From a virus (taxonomy: Duplodnaviria > Heunggongvirae > Uroviricota > Caudoviricetes), in the IMG/VR virus record IMGVR_UViG_3300046499_000850: DNA of 64,000 nucleotides; one strand, written 5' to 3'. The position numbers and the translations under genes are program-made. This document shows positions 48,927 through 58,324 of the stretch, one piece after another (the stretch's first letter is position 1; each line of letters starts with the position of its first letter). The notes under the pieces were generated by a model. The model saw nothing but the letters and a program-made list of their open reading frames with translations, ran no database searches and was not told where the DNA came from.

Positions 48927-50195
48927 TCAAGTGTCAGCGTAATGTCGTTTGGCGAGACTACGCAACACAATGTACAGAAGTACACCTGTACGGATTGGCG
49001 GCAACAGACTCACGTTGCGGGTGCCGGTCGCTTCCTTCACCAGATTTTCGGTACGCTGACGGATATCCATCAGGATCGGATCTGTCGAACGCGCTGCCGT
49101 GTAGACACCACGCAGTCGCGCGAGTAAACCAGGTAAGTCGTGCGGGTTTTGAAGTGAGTCTGTGTTGTGGGACAGATAATCAAAGCAATGCACCATGATC
49201 TCTTTGGTCAGGTCCTGCAGCTTGTGGGCCTGATGTCCCTGAAAGTTTTCCGATAACCATTCCAAAGTACCCCGGAACAGCGAAGGCGGCATGGTCTGGA
49301 CCATCCCTTCCACCACAGTCAAAAGTTCTTCCCGCAAGAAGCTTGACTTGTCTGGAATGATGGACTGCAAATAGCGGGTGTAGTTGGCGAGGCTCTTGGT
49401 TTTATCCTTGAGGATTTCTTTGCCATCGTGCTCCACCGTTTGCGATACAGCGACAATCCGTTTGCCGGACGCATTGATTTGATAGTGCATGCCGGCGATC
49501 AACCGCAAGGTTTTACGCAGGCGGGTTTGGATGTCGTTGACGATCTTTTCGATCTCACGATCATCACCCATTTTTTCGAACTGTTTGTAACGGGGTGCTT
49601 TCTCGTCCAAGATGTCTTCTGCGCGCTTATGCAAGTACGCGCCCCAGCTACCCGCTTGTTTTAAGTCGAATTTCATCGACAGTGAAGCATAGGTGGCTTC
49701 CGCCACGGATTTGTCAGCAGGGTAAATGAAGTGGCGGTACAGACGGCTGGTGAGAAACTTGTACTGCATCACCAACATTACTGAGAGCATCGCGTCGCGT
49801 TTCAACCCTTCCGGGATGTTGTGCGCATTGGCGAGCAGGTGGGTCAACCAGATGCATGACAGGTTCATGGCATCGGAGGCGACCTGGTGATCCCGGTGCA
49901 CGGTCGGGAGTTTGTACAGCGCGTCTTGGAGCGTTTGCTCGTCAACGTGCAAAATCTCATCGAACCACACCAATCGGTCAGAGTCAGTGAAGCGCACGAC
50001 TTGCACACCAGTTAGGTGGCCGCCAAAGAATTTGACGTGTTCGTCATTCTTGTTAACGAACGCCACCTGATATTGAACAATCTTTTTGGCGAGAATAGAA
50101 TCAACGATGACATCCTTGCACTGTTGTTCAAAGACGTTACGGATTAACAAAGATGCACCATGGTGCACCATGGCCTCATGGGCAAGAACGTACAT
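48927..50195 (-). CDS. Conserved jumbo-phage protein (phiKZ gp32-like by synteny)
   Basis: Start MYVLAHE with AAGGA RBS; FFGGHLTGV, RTGVLLY. Confidence 0.68.
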   Translation of the reverse strand: MYVLAHEAMVHHGASLLIRNVFEQQCKDVIVDSILAKKIVQYQVAFVNKNDEHVKFFGGHLTGVQVVRFTDSDRLVWFDEILHVDEQTLQDALYKLPTVHRDHQVASDAMNLSCIWLTHLLANAHNIPEGLKRDAMLSVMLVMQYKFLTSRLYRHFIYPADKSVAEATYASLSMKFDLKQAGSWGAYLHKRAEDILDEKAPRYKQFEKMGDDREIEKIVNDIQTRLRKTLRLIAGMHYQINASGKRIVAVSQTVEHDGKEILKDKTKSLANYTRYLQSIIPDKSSFLREELLTVVEGMVQTMPPSLFRGTLEWLSENFQGHQAHKLQDLTKEIMVHCFDYLSHNTDSLQNPHDLPGLLARLRGVYTAARSTDPILMDIRQRTENLVKEATGTRNVSLLPPIRTGVLLYIVLRSLAKRHYADT

Positions 50196-50306
50196 GGAGG
50201 ATTTCCTTTGGGGACAAGGTTCACAAGATGAGAGACCTCGACTAATTGACGGCATACAGCTCTGCCGAGCGAACCCGGCAGAGCTGATAGCGACAGGAGC
50301 TGGGAA

Positions 50307-51017
50307 TTACTTAGCCGAACGCTGGGCGCGGGCGGTCACGTAGTCTTTGAAGCTGTGGACGACTTTGCCGCCCAGGGCGACGACCATCGATTCCATGGCG
50401 ATTGCCAGTTCCGGGCTGTTGGACACCACGGTCGGGCTTTCCGAATCCAGGACTTGGTCCGGCACCACGTCGTCGATCAGGACGGTGACGTTTTCTGGGT
50501 GTTCGGCTTCGGCCAGGATCTCGGTCACGTCCTTGACGGTTTCCGGGGTCACTTGGGTTTCGTCGATGGCGTACAGGGTTTCGTAGCCAGCGTTGTCTTG
50601 CGGGGCTTCATCAGCGATCGAGTTGGCCAGGCTGGACGCCACAGCGGCGTCGATGGCTTGCGATTCGAGCACGATGTTGCCGACTTCGGACACGATGGCG
50701 GCTTCGACGGTTTCTTCGGTCTCGCCTTCGGCCGGCTTCAGGTTGCTGGTGTCGACTTCAGCTTTCGGCTCTTCACCGTCGACCGGCGCAGCAGCAGCTT
50801 CGCCTTCAGCCGGCGCGGCAGCGCCATCGGCAGCCGGGGCTTCTGGCGGGGCATTCTTGTCGAGAGTCTTCAGCAGGGCTTCCGAGTACACATCGGCGAG
50901 CGGACCTTTCATGACGACGGTGGTGTCTTCGGAGGCCGGGGTGGTGACGTTGGGGTCGAACTCCTCCATCGCCAGGTGGTGGCGGGAGCGGGTACCGAAC
51001 AGCTTACGCAGGGACAT
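50307..51017 (-). CDS. Acidic putative inner-head/scaffold-like protein
   Basis: Start MSLRKL; very acidic and Ala-rich; contains AME (twice) and VLES candidate protease sites. Confidence 0.6.
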   Translation of the reverse strand: MSLRKLFGTRSRHHLAMEEFDPNVTTPASEDTTVVMKGPLADVYSEALLKTLDKNAPPEAPAADGAAAPAEGEAAAAPVDGEEPKAEVDTSNLKPAEGETEETVEAAIVSEVGNIVLESQAIDAAVASSLANSIADEAPQDNAGYETLYAIDETQVTPETVKDVTEILAEAEHPENVTVLIDDVVPDQVLDSESPTVVSNSPELAIAMESMVVALGGKVVHSFKDYVTARAQRSAK

Positions 51018-51059
51018 GATGTTTCCTTCACTTGGGTAAAAAGATCTGTGACAACACAC

Positions 51060-51535
51060 TCCAGGTCGAGAGTTTGTGTTTCACAGTATGGTTGCACAGA
51101 ATGGGGGTGAAAATAGCGTAGTTGTCAAAATGACAACGCGCCCCTTAGAAACATTTACAACAAGTTTCCTGACGCTGCGCTTTAGGGTAGTTTGTTTCCA
51201 AACTATACCCCTTTCTTTGTTTCATCAAAAAATCTTAAAAGGTTAGTAAGCGCCTTTGAGGGCGCGTTTCCTTTAGTACCTTTAAGAAATATTTCCTACG
51301 GTAAAAAATTATTCTGCATACGGGTATTATGCATCGAAGTGAGCAGAGCGAACGGGCAGTTGGTACCAAAACGAAGCGGGAGCGGAGTTGAAGGTAGGTA
51401 GAAAAGTGCTATGTAATGGGGGAGTGGGGGGCACTCATCCTAGGACCCGCGTAGCGGGGACTCTATCTAACCAGCGAAATATTTGGGGGGTCGGGATTTA
51501 TTCCCGACTGGTGTTCTCAGCAGTTAAAATAGCTA
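51060..51535. other. Long non-coding divergent region with multiple hairpins and an AT-rich core
   Basis: ~480 bp without a credible ORF; several inverted repeats. Confidence 0.5.
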
Positions 51536-51539
51536 AAAA

Positions 51540-52031
51540 ATGAAGATTGATATTATCTCTACCGAACCTTTTACATTCGTTCAAATCAACCACAAAGGCA
51601 ACGCCTATTGGGCGATTGAATTTGCCCGTCAGGTTACCGAACGCCTGCCGGTATTTAGCCGCTACGTGATCTGCGCACCGATCTTCACCGTCGACCAGTT
51701 GCTGTTCATCCAACGTCAAGCGATCGAGCGCGGTGAATCGGAAGACATCCGTCACTGGATCTACCAAGCACTCGAAGAACGACAACGCTTTGTCCGGGAA
51801 AACCGGATGAGGTTCTTCTGGGCCAAGGAAGGTGGTCTCGAAGTCATCAGCTACCCGGACATTGAAGATGACAAAGAAGCCAAGCGCATTACCGCGGAGA
51901 ACTGCACCTTGGCTGAACTGGGTGAACTGACCGGCATCGCCATCCAACAGGGTGAAGACGAATTGATGATCGATTTTCTGCGTCAGGTCGCCGCCCAATA
52001 CGTCGAAAGTTATCATCGCCCCACGTTCTAA
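51540..52031 (+). CDS. Hypothetical protein
   Basis: 163-aa ORF followed by a hairpin. Confidence 0.6.
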   Translation: MKIDIISTEPFTFVQINHKGNAYWAIEFARQVTERLPVFSRYVICAPIFTVDQLLFIQRQAIERGESEDIRHWIYQALEERQRFVRENRMRFFWAKEGGLEVISYPDIEDDKEAKRITAENCTLAELGELTGIAIQQGEDELMIDFLRQVAAQYVESYHRPTF

Positions 52032-52086
52032 TAGAGTCCCACCTTCGGGTGGGGCTTTATGCCGTCGAAACGTCTAGTAATAGAAA

Positions 52087-52107
52087 ATTTCAGCTCTATA
52101 TCACTAC
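52087..52107 (+). promoter_or_regulatory. Putative early promoter (TATATCAC)
   Basis: ATTTCAGCTCTATATCAC, core at 52097-52104. Confidence 0.55.
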
Positions 52108-52161
52108 GACGAACACCCAACCAGATCCACTTAACAATCAACAACATCAAGGAGTATCACC

Positions 52162-52767
52162 ATGAATGTCGAACCGAACTTCCAAGGACTGCATGATTTG
52201 CTAGCACCCTTAACCGACCAAGCACTGCGTCTCGATTACAACAATCACAAATCAAGTTACAGCGACTTTAAAGAAGATTTGTCTTTCAACTCACGCTTTT
52301 ACGATTACGCCATCTGGGTGAGCGCAACAGCTCGTGATGAAGCTATTGCTAAGGATGAGATATGGGAACTGTGCCTGGACAAAAAGAAAGATAGCGATTT
52401 CAAGAAGTATATCGCCCCGACCCATACTGCGCTGATCGGTTACTTTACCGATGACGCTGGCATCTTAGCGGCGATCGATAAAATCCATACCCTGTTCAAG
52501 GAATTGTTGACGGGTAAATACTCTTCGGCACATTTGGAGTTTAACGGTCAGCTTGTCAACTACGAGTCACTTCAAGAAGCAATCGAGTTGAAAGACGATT
52601 GCATCGACCGTGAAGACTGGGTGTCCGACGCCGAGTATGAAAAAGCGTTGGCGACCAACACCATGTGGTCGTTGCAGTGGTATCCCCGTACGCCTATCGG
52701 CTTTATCAAAATCCAAGCTTCTTCACTGGAAGCACTCGTCAACCACTTTCAAGAATCAACAACATAA
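52162..52767 (+). CDS. Hypothetical protein with internal tandem duplication
   Basis: Two similar halves (L.YN...WVS...A...WEL / L.FN...WVS...A...WSL); AAGGAG RBS. Confidence 0.7.
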   Translation: MNVEPNFQGLHDLLAPLTDQALRLDYNNHKSSYSDFKEDLSFNSRFYDYAIWVSATARDEAIAKDEIWELCLDKKKDSDFKKYIAPTHTALIGYFTDDAGILAAIDKIHTLFKELLTGKYSSAHLEFNGQLVNYESLQEAIELKDDCIDREDWVSDAEYEKALATNTMWSLQWYPRTPIGFIKIQASSLEALVNHFQESTT

Positions 52768-52778
52768 CGGAGATTACT

Positions 52779-53231
52779 GTGCACTTACGGGCAGATGAAA
52801 CACATATCGAGATGTTAGAGCGTTATGTCAAGGGCGAGAAGATCAAAACGCTTACGAGAGATTACAAAATGGCTGCCCCGACTTTGACCAAACGGATCTT
52901 GAATCTCGCCAATCGTTATCTGAATGCGGCGCATCTCGAAGGCACCCCTGAAACCTTCTATCCTGGTGAAGACAAAATGTCTTCTGAAAAGGTATACATT
53001 TCCCTTTACGATACCAATTACGCGGACATTTCATTACGAGGTACACGTGGCGCCGCCCGCGCTTGGGTAAAGAAGCAAGTACCGCACGATGTCGCCCAAA
53101 CGCATTACGAACCCTACATCGGGCTGTTGCAGGAACTGCGTGATCAAGCAGATTACTGGATACACCAGATGCAATTGCTGCGCCATGAACTTAAGAAACC
53201 TGTACTGGTCTATCAACAAACCGACAATTAA
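52779..53231 (+). CDS. Hypothetical protein, possible N-terminal HTH
   Basis: GTG start with GGAG RBS; MLERYVKGEKIKTLTRDYKMAAPTLTKRI. Confidence 0.55.
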   Translation: MHLRADETHIEMLERYVKGEKIKTLTRDYKMAAPTLTKRILNLANRYLNAAHLEGTPETFYPGEDKMSSEKVYISLYDTNYADISLRGTRGAARAWVKKQVPHDVAQTHYEPYIGLLQELRDQADYWIHQMQLLRHELKKPVLVYQQTDN

Positions 53232-53245
53232 CTAGGAGATTTACC

Positions 53246-53803
53246 ATGAATAAGAAAGTCTTCGCATACAAACTGCGCGCCATGGCGGACGTAATCGATA
53301 CCGCCCAGCTTGCGCGGGGCGCGGTGAATCTGTTCACGTTTCACAAGCCCCAACCGAAAACCTTGGAAGGCTTGTACAAGCTCCGGCCTGGGAACGTCAT
53401 CGATGCGATGGAACTTATCCAGGTCATCAACGGCGAAGGGAAGAGCGAAGTCGATATGCGTGTGTTCGAAGTCATGGCCTTCTTCCCCGACGTGATGCAC
53501 CGGGGTACTGTCTACCATCTGCTGCTGAAGGACATGCAGCTGCTCGGTGAAGGCATCCAGGAAGAAGAGAAACAATCTGGTCCAGGTTTGAATGCTTACT
53601 CGGGTTGGAAACTGTCCGAAGTGCCGCTCGAAAAAATACAGATCGGCACGCAAGTCATTGCTGCTGATGGCAAAGAAGGCAAGATCGCTATCATCGAAAC
53701 CCCTCGCCCCGGCAGTATCTTTTACACGGTGACGATCCGACGGGATGAAGGTGGTTCAGTTGTCAGCTCGCAAAACCTGCTTGGCGATATCAGGGTGATG
53801 TGA
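53246..53803 (+). CDS. Hypothetical protein
   Basis: 185 aa, GGAG RBS. Confidence 0.65.
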   Translation: MNKKVFAYKLRAMADVIDTAQLARGAVNLFTFHKPQPKTLEGLYKLRPGNVIDAMELIQVINGEGKSEVDMRVFEVMAFFPDVMHRGTVYHLLLKDMQLLGEGIQEEEKQSGPGLNAYSGWKLSEVPLEKIQIGTQVIAADGKEGKIAIIETPRPGSIFYTVTIRRDEGGSVVSSQNLLGDIRVM

Positions 53804-54165
53804 TGAATTTTAAATTCGCAATCGATACGTTGTTTATGGGTGCGGTGGCTTTCAATACCAAACCAGGTACAGGGTTTCGTGCCGTTCAGCTACACGGTGA
53901 AGATCAGGTTCGTATTTACCCGATCGGCAACAATGGGATTTATGCATCATCCGATCCGCTGCCTACCACGGGACGGTTTGTGGCTGCTGCTGTTGATCCT
54001 GAATTACAGAAGTTGGCACTGGCCTTCGGTGCTTTTCCGGAAGACGGTGGAGAAAGTCAATATTCGTCCGCGTTAGCGTACAATGAAAATGAGTATCTGA
54101 AAGGATCTCATCACGTTATCGACTTTCTTAATGACGGCATTGTGCCCATCGCGGACGGTGAATGA
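53803..54165 (+). CDS. Hypothetical protein
   Basis: Translationally coupled ORF. Confidence 0.6.
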   Translation: MNFKFAIDTLFMGAVAFNTKPGTGFRAVQLHGEDQVRIYPIGNNGIYASSDPLPTTGRFVAAAVDPELQKLALAFGAFPEDGGESQYSSALAYNENEYLKGSHHVIDFLNDGIVPIADGE

Positions 54166-54755
54166 TGGCCATCGCGATCATCGGCACAGCGGGTCGGGAT
54201 AAATCCAAACCCATGACGCTGGAACTCTGGAAGTGGATGTTGCGCGATGCATATAGTCGCGTACCGAAAGGCGCCCATGTGGTATCGGGCGGTGCTGCTT
54301 GGGCGGACCATCTCGCGGTGTCGATGTTCTTGTTCGGTCACGCAGGTGAGATCTCGCTGTTCTTACCTGCGCCGTTCGTGTTCTCGACGGGCGAGTATGT
54401 CAAAGGGGCTGACCATTTTGAAGAAGATGGTTGGAAGAGTGCAGGCGGGATTGCGAATTACTACCACCGACGTTTTAGCGATGTTATCAAGCGTGACACT
54501 CTGCACCAGATCGGGGACGTGGTCAGGCAATACTGGACAGTGGAAAACAGCCCGGTACGTATTGAGCAAGAACCATCCTCACCAGGTGCGGGTGGCATGT
54601 TTGCCCGTAACAAGAAAGTCGCCCAAGCGGACGAGATGCTAGCCTACACGTTCGGTATCGGTGATGAACCGGATGATGGCGGCACGCGGGATACGTGGAA
54701 CAAATGCCAAGGGAAGAAGACGCATATCACTCTCCCATTATCGCAATATCTTTAA
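54162..54755 (+). CDS. SLOG superfamily (YspA-like) protein
   Basis: IAIIGTAGRD, VVSGGAAWADHLAV, MFARNKKVA, GGTRDTW. Confidence 0.65.
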   Translation: MMAIAIIGTAGRDKSKPMTLELWKWMLRDAYSRVPKGAHVVSGGAAWADHLAVSMFLFGHAGEISLFLPAPFVFSTGEYVKGADHFEEDGWKSAGGIANYYHRRFSDVIKRDTLHQIGDVVRQYWTVENSPVRIEQEPSSPGAGGMFARNKKVAQADEMLAYTFGIGDEPDDGGTRDTWNKCQGKKTHITLPLSQYL

Positions 54756-54764
54756 GGGGATATC

Positions 54765-55040
54765 ATGAATCATGAAGAAGCATTGGTTAATATGGTTGCC
54801 AGTATCGTTGCGGACTACGGTTCAGAAGGCGCAACGCTTGGTCAAATTGAAGGCAAGCTTCCTGTCCAAGCTATCAGTAAAGCGCGCGAAGAACTTTCAC
54901 TCGAAGCTTATTCGACGAATTCGTCCGTTCTTAGCCTGATCATTGGAAAGCTCATAAGGGAGTTTGTTATCACCATCAAGCAAACAATGAGTTATCAAAA
55001 CACTTATGTGCTGGTAACGCAGTCGCAAAAAATTAGGTAA
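54765..55040 (+). CDS. Hypothetical protein
   Basis: 91 aa followed by a hairpin and TATGCCG. Confidence 0.55.
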   Translation: MNHEEALVNMVASIVADYGSEGATLGQIEGKLPVQAISKAREELSLEAYSTNSSVLSLIIGKLIREFVITIKQTMSYQNTYVLVTQSQKIR

Positions 55041-55096
55041 TCATACACAGGGGCTTGACGCCCCTGTGTTTTATGCCGTAAGAATATGGAGATAGA

Positions 55097-55118
55097 ATTT
55101 TTCGAAACCATATAACAG
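55097..55118 (+). promoter_or_regulatory. Putative early promoter variant (CATATAAC)
   Basis: ATTTTTCGAAACCATATAAC; same layout as the other TATATYAC sites and also downstream of a terminator. Confidence 0.4.
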
Positions 55119-55183
55119 AGGTGAATTGGAAACGGAATCAACATTCGAGACCGTTCTTAACTAACATTACACTGGAGATTATC

Positions 55184-55540
55184 ATGGAATTCATCAAATC
55201 GATCTGGAATCGTATCACCTCGTTCTTTGGTAACCTCTTCGGTGCCAAGAAAGAAGCTGCCAAAGTCGAAGCTGCTACCGTCAAGACCGAAGCTGCACAA
55301 GCTGCACAAACCGTGGTGGCTTCGGAAGAAGCTGCTGCCAAAGCTGCCCGCATGGAAAAGCTGGCTGAAGTGTTTAACCGCATTGCTCAAATCGCATCGT
55401 TCCGTAACTATTCGCTGGAAGAAGCCAAAGCCGCTTACCTGGCTGATGACATGGCGACCTTGGCGCGTATCGAACGTGAAATGAACGCCAAGAAGTACAA
55501 AGCCCCGAAGAAAGTCAAGCCTGCTAAGAAAGCAGCTTAA
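55184..55540 (+). CDS. Ala/Lys-rich protein with N-terminal amphipathic helix
   Basis: MEFIKSIWNRITSFFGNLFG; GGAG RBS. Confidence 0.7.
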   Translation: MEFIKSIWNRITSFFGNLFGAKKEAAKVEAATVKTEAAQAAQTVVASEEAAAKAARMEKLAEVFNRIAQIASFRNYSLEEAKAAYLADDMATLARIEREMNAKKYKAPKKVKPAKKAA

Positions 55541-55588
55541 TTCTTCATCCTCCGTATTCCCATAATCAACAACACAAAGGAAACGATC

Positions 55589-55978
55589 ATGTTTGCATTT
55601 CTGAAAAAACTGTATCTGAAGCTGCGTAACTTCGTGGCCATTAACATCACCAAAGCCATGCGCTTCGCTGAGAAGACCATCGCCGCTGGTCGCGATGAAG
55701 GCCGCTTCCTGAAGCGTCTGGGTGGTTACACCATGCTGGTCGGCACCATCGTGGTCGCTTACCTGACCGCGGTATTCTTCGGCACGCTGCTGCTGATTGG
55801 TTTGATCTCGCTGATGGGTTCGATCGGCATGATCATCGGTTGCGCTATGCTGGGTTTCTTCTCCAGCGATGTGACCACCGCTGTTCTGAATTTCCGTGAA
55901 GGCGCTGAACTGGCTAGCGAAGACAACGAAGAAGAAGACTACTTCGTCGTGCTGGACGCTGTTGCTGCTGCAATCTAA
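55589..55978 (+). CDS. Membrane protein, amphipathic-leader family
   Basis: MFAFLKKLYLKLRN plus 2 TM. Confidence 0.72.
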   Translation: MFAFLKKLYLKLRNFVAINITKAMRFAEKTIAAGRDEGRFLKRLGGYTMLVGTIVVAYLTAVFFGTLLLIGLISLMGSIGMIIGCAMLGFFSSDVTTAVLNFREGAELASEDNEEEDYFVVLDAVAAAI

Positions 55979-56006
55979 TTAACAATTAACAACAAAGGAA
56001 ACAGTC

Positions 56007-56399
56007 ATGTGGAACTTCATCAAAAACCTGTACTTCAAGCTGCGTAACAGCATCGCCATCACCTACGTGAAAGCGATCGACTACAGCATGGAACTGGCCA
56101 ACAAAGCCCGCGCCATCGCTCACGCTGCCGGCGGCTCCACCTTCAAGAGTGTCATGCTCTACGTCGCCAGCTTCGCCGTGTTCTGCGTGTCGTACCTGGT
56201 CTTCAAGATCATGGTTGGTCTGATCTTCACCGGTATGGCCGCGTTGCTGGCGCTGGCGCTGGGTGAGACCCTGGCCATCCTGGTATCGTTCGTGCTGCTG
56301 GTGGTGTTCGTGGTCGACCTGATCGAAACCATCGAATTTCTGGCCCGCATCAGCCGTACCCTGCGTCACGCGTTCGGCGGTACCACCGTCTACGCATAA
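56007..56399 (+). CDS. Membrane protein, paralog of the upstream gene
   Basis: MWNFIKNLYFKLRNSIAITYVKA plus 2-3 TM. Confidence 0.72.
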   Translation: MWNFIKNLYFKLRNSIAITYVKAIDYSMELANKARAIAHAAGGSTFKSVMLYVASFAVFCVSYLVFKIMVGLIFTGMAALLALALGETLAILVSFVLLVVFVVDLIETIEFLARISRTLRHAFGGTTVYA

Positions 56400-56451
56400 C
56401 CCTGAGGGAGAGTTTCCTCTCCCTGTTTATAATTAACAACAAGGTAACATC

Positions 56452-56844
56452 ATGAACTTCCTGAAGAAATGGTTTAACAAAGTGATCAGCTGGATGGCGC
56501 ATCCGATCGCCATGATCTGCGACAAAGCGACTGCTCTGCTGGGTCCGGCCATCACCTACGTCAACACCGATCACAACCTCAAGTGGTCGTTCAAGACCAT
56601 CGCCAAAGTTGTGGCAGGTGCACTGTTGGTGGTCTTCCTGGGTCTGACCATCGGCGCCCTGATGGTCGCTAGCATCGCCGGTTTCACCCTGTTGTTCGCG
56701 CTGGTCCTGCCGTCGCTGCTCGCCAACCTGATCGCAGTGCTGGGCGTGGGTTACATCGCGTACCAAGTTTTCCAAAAGGTCGACCACTATCGTGCCGATG
56801 AGATCGTCATCGAAATCGAAGTCGAGACCGAACCACAAGCTTAA
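56452..56844 (+). CDS. Membrane protein, amphipathic-leader family
   Basis: MNFLKKWFNKVISW plus long hydrophobic region. Confidence 0.72.
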   Translation: MNFLKKWFNKVISWMAHPIAMICDKATALLGPAITYVNTDHNLKWSFKTIAKVVAGALLVVFLGLTIGALMVASIAGFTLLFALVLPSLLANLIAVLGVGYIAYQVFQKVDHYRADEIVIEIEVETEPQA

Positions 56845-56886
56845 CTCCCCTTTTTCGCTGTACCTTTTTTCACAAGGAGCATTACC

Positions 56887-57252
56887 ATGGAAACCATCAA
56901 AAACTTCTTCAAAGGCGTCGCCAAGTTCGCCTACGACTTCTTCATCGGCCCGATCGTCGAGCTGCGTAATTTCTTCACCATGTCGAACACGGTGAAAGCC
57001 CTGTCGATCATCAACGCCGCCAGCCGCGTGATCGTCATCGCTTCGTGGTTCTTCGCTGTGCCGGCCGTTCTGGTCACCCTGGCTTGGGTCTGGATCTGGA
57101 CCACGGTCGCCGTCGCGGTGCTGTATATCGTGTTCTCGATGGGTAGCCTCGCTGCCGCCGGTGCTTTCGGTGCTGACCTGGCTGCCAAGCTGCACGCTGC
57201 CAACGACGGCGCAGCTGAGCAAGCTGCTGCGACTGAACCGGCTGCCGCCTAA
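56887..57252 (+). CDS. Membrane protein, amphipathic-leader family
   Basis: METIKNFFKGVAKF...ELRNFF plus TMs; AAGGAG RBS. Confidence 0.72.
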   Translation: METIKNFFKGVAKFAYDFFIGPIVELRNFFTMSNTVKALSIINAASRVIVIASWFFAVPAVLVTLAWVWIWTTVAVAVLYIVFSMGSLAAAGAFGADLAAKLHAANDGAAEQAAATEPAAA

Positions 57253-57257
57253 CAACC

Positions 57258-57554
57258 ATGTGGCGTTTTATCAAAACGCTCTTCCAATCTCTCTACCGGC
57301 ACACGGTAGGGGGGTTGGTGAGGCTGGTACGCCATACGGCTCAGGCCACTGTGGACCGGGAAGACAAGCAATTCGTGGCCCGCGCGATGCGGTATTTCAC
57401 GTTGGCTGTCGTGTTCTGGTTCTTCCCGGTTCTGACCGGGCTGCTGCTCGCCCTGCGTATCATGGCGCTCTCCGATGTGTTTAGCATCGTGAGCAACGTG
57501 TACGAAGATGTCGTGACAGCGTTTGGCGTCCACAACGTGACTACCCCTGCCTGA
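57258..57554 (+). CDS. Membrane protein, amphipathic-leader family
   Basis: MWRFIKTLFQSLY plus TM. Confidence 0.65.
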   Translation: MWRFIKTLFQSLYRHTVGGLVRLVRHTAQATVDREDKQFVARAMRYFTLAVVFWFFPVLTGLLLALRIMALSDVFSIVSNVYEDVVTAFGVHNVTTPA

Positions 57555-57594
57555 TCTTCAGGTAGTGGGTACGATTCCCACACCTGGAGGTAAC

Positions 57595-57894
57595 ATGGGT
57601 AAGTTTGTCAGCTTTATCAAAAGCCTTTTCTTTGCAGTGAAGGTAATCGCTACCGCAATCGCGGCACCGGTGACCCAGTTGGTGAGAACTACTTGGGAAA
57701 AGAGGCCGATCAGTGTCGGCCAATTGCTGTTTGCTATCTGGCGTTTGTTCGTCTGGGCGTTCTTCGTCCTGTGCGTCACGGCGTCGGTTGGTGTGCCAGC
57801 GGTGATCGCGTATTTGTTCCTCGTCGATCTTGCGATCGTCGGGGTGCAGATCGTGTCGGTGGCAGCCATTAACGTGAAGGAGAAATTAGCATGA
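57595..57894 (+). CDS. Membrane protein, amphipathic-leader family
   Basis: MGKFVSFIKSLFF plus 2 TM; GGAGG RBS. Confidence 0.65.
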   Translation: MGKFVSFIKSLFFAVKVIATAIAAPVTQLVRTTWEKRPISVGQLLFAIWRLFVWAFFVLCVTASVGVPAVIAYLFLVDLAIVGVQIVSVAAINVKEKLA

Positions 57895-58256
57895 AACAGT
57901 TTTTCGACACCCTTGCGGTGTTTGTCGGCAACCTCTTGGAGCTCACGCCGAAGTCCTGGCTGGAATCCAAGCGCCAAGCGCAGAAAATGCGTGACGCCAT
58001 CAAGACCTGGGTCGCTACCCCGCCGATCATTGACAAAGACGGCAAGGAAACGGAAGTGGCTGCGCCAGAATCGCCTTACGGTTATCTGGCCCGCACGACC
58101 CTGCTGGCGCTCGGCTTCATAGGTCTGGCGTGGGTCATCTCGCAAGTCGTGATGGCCTTCGTCTACGTGTTGCCGGTCCTGGCTGGTCTGGCTGTCGTGG
58201 CCCTGATCGTCAGCTTGTACGGTCCCAAGAAGGCTGAACAACCAGCCGCTGCGTGA
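57891..58256 (+). CDS. Membrane protein
   Basis: MKQFFDTLAVFVGNLL; 2 C-terminal TM. Confidence 0.68.
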   Translation: MKQFFDTLAVFVGNLLELTPKSWLESKRQAQKMRDAIKTWVATPPIIDKDGKETEVAAPESPYGYLARTTLLALGFIGLAWVISQVVMAFVYVLPVLAGLAVVALIVSLYGPKKAEQPAAA

Positions 58257-58324
58257 ACCGTACCGTAAGAAACATCCTGCTTTACAATCTCGTGATACAT
58301 CAATTTAAACCAAGGAGAAAGATC

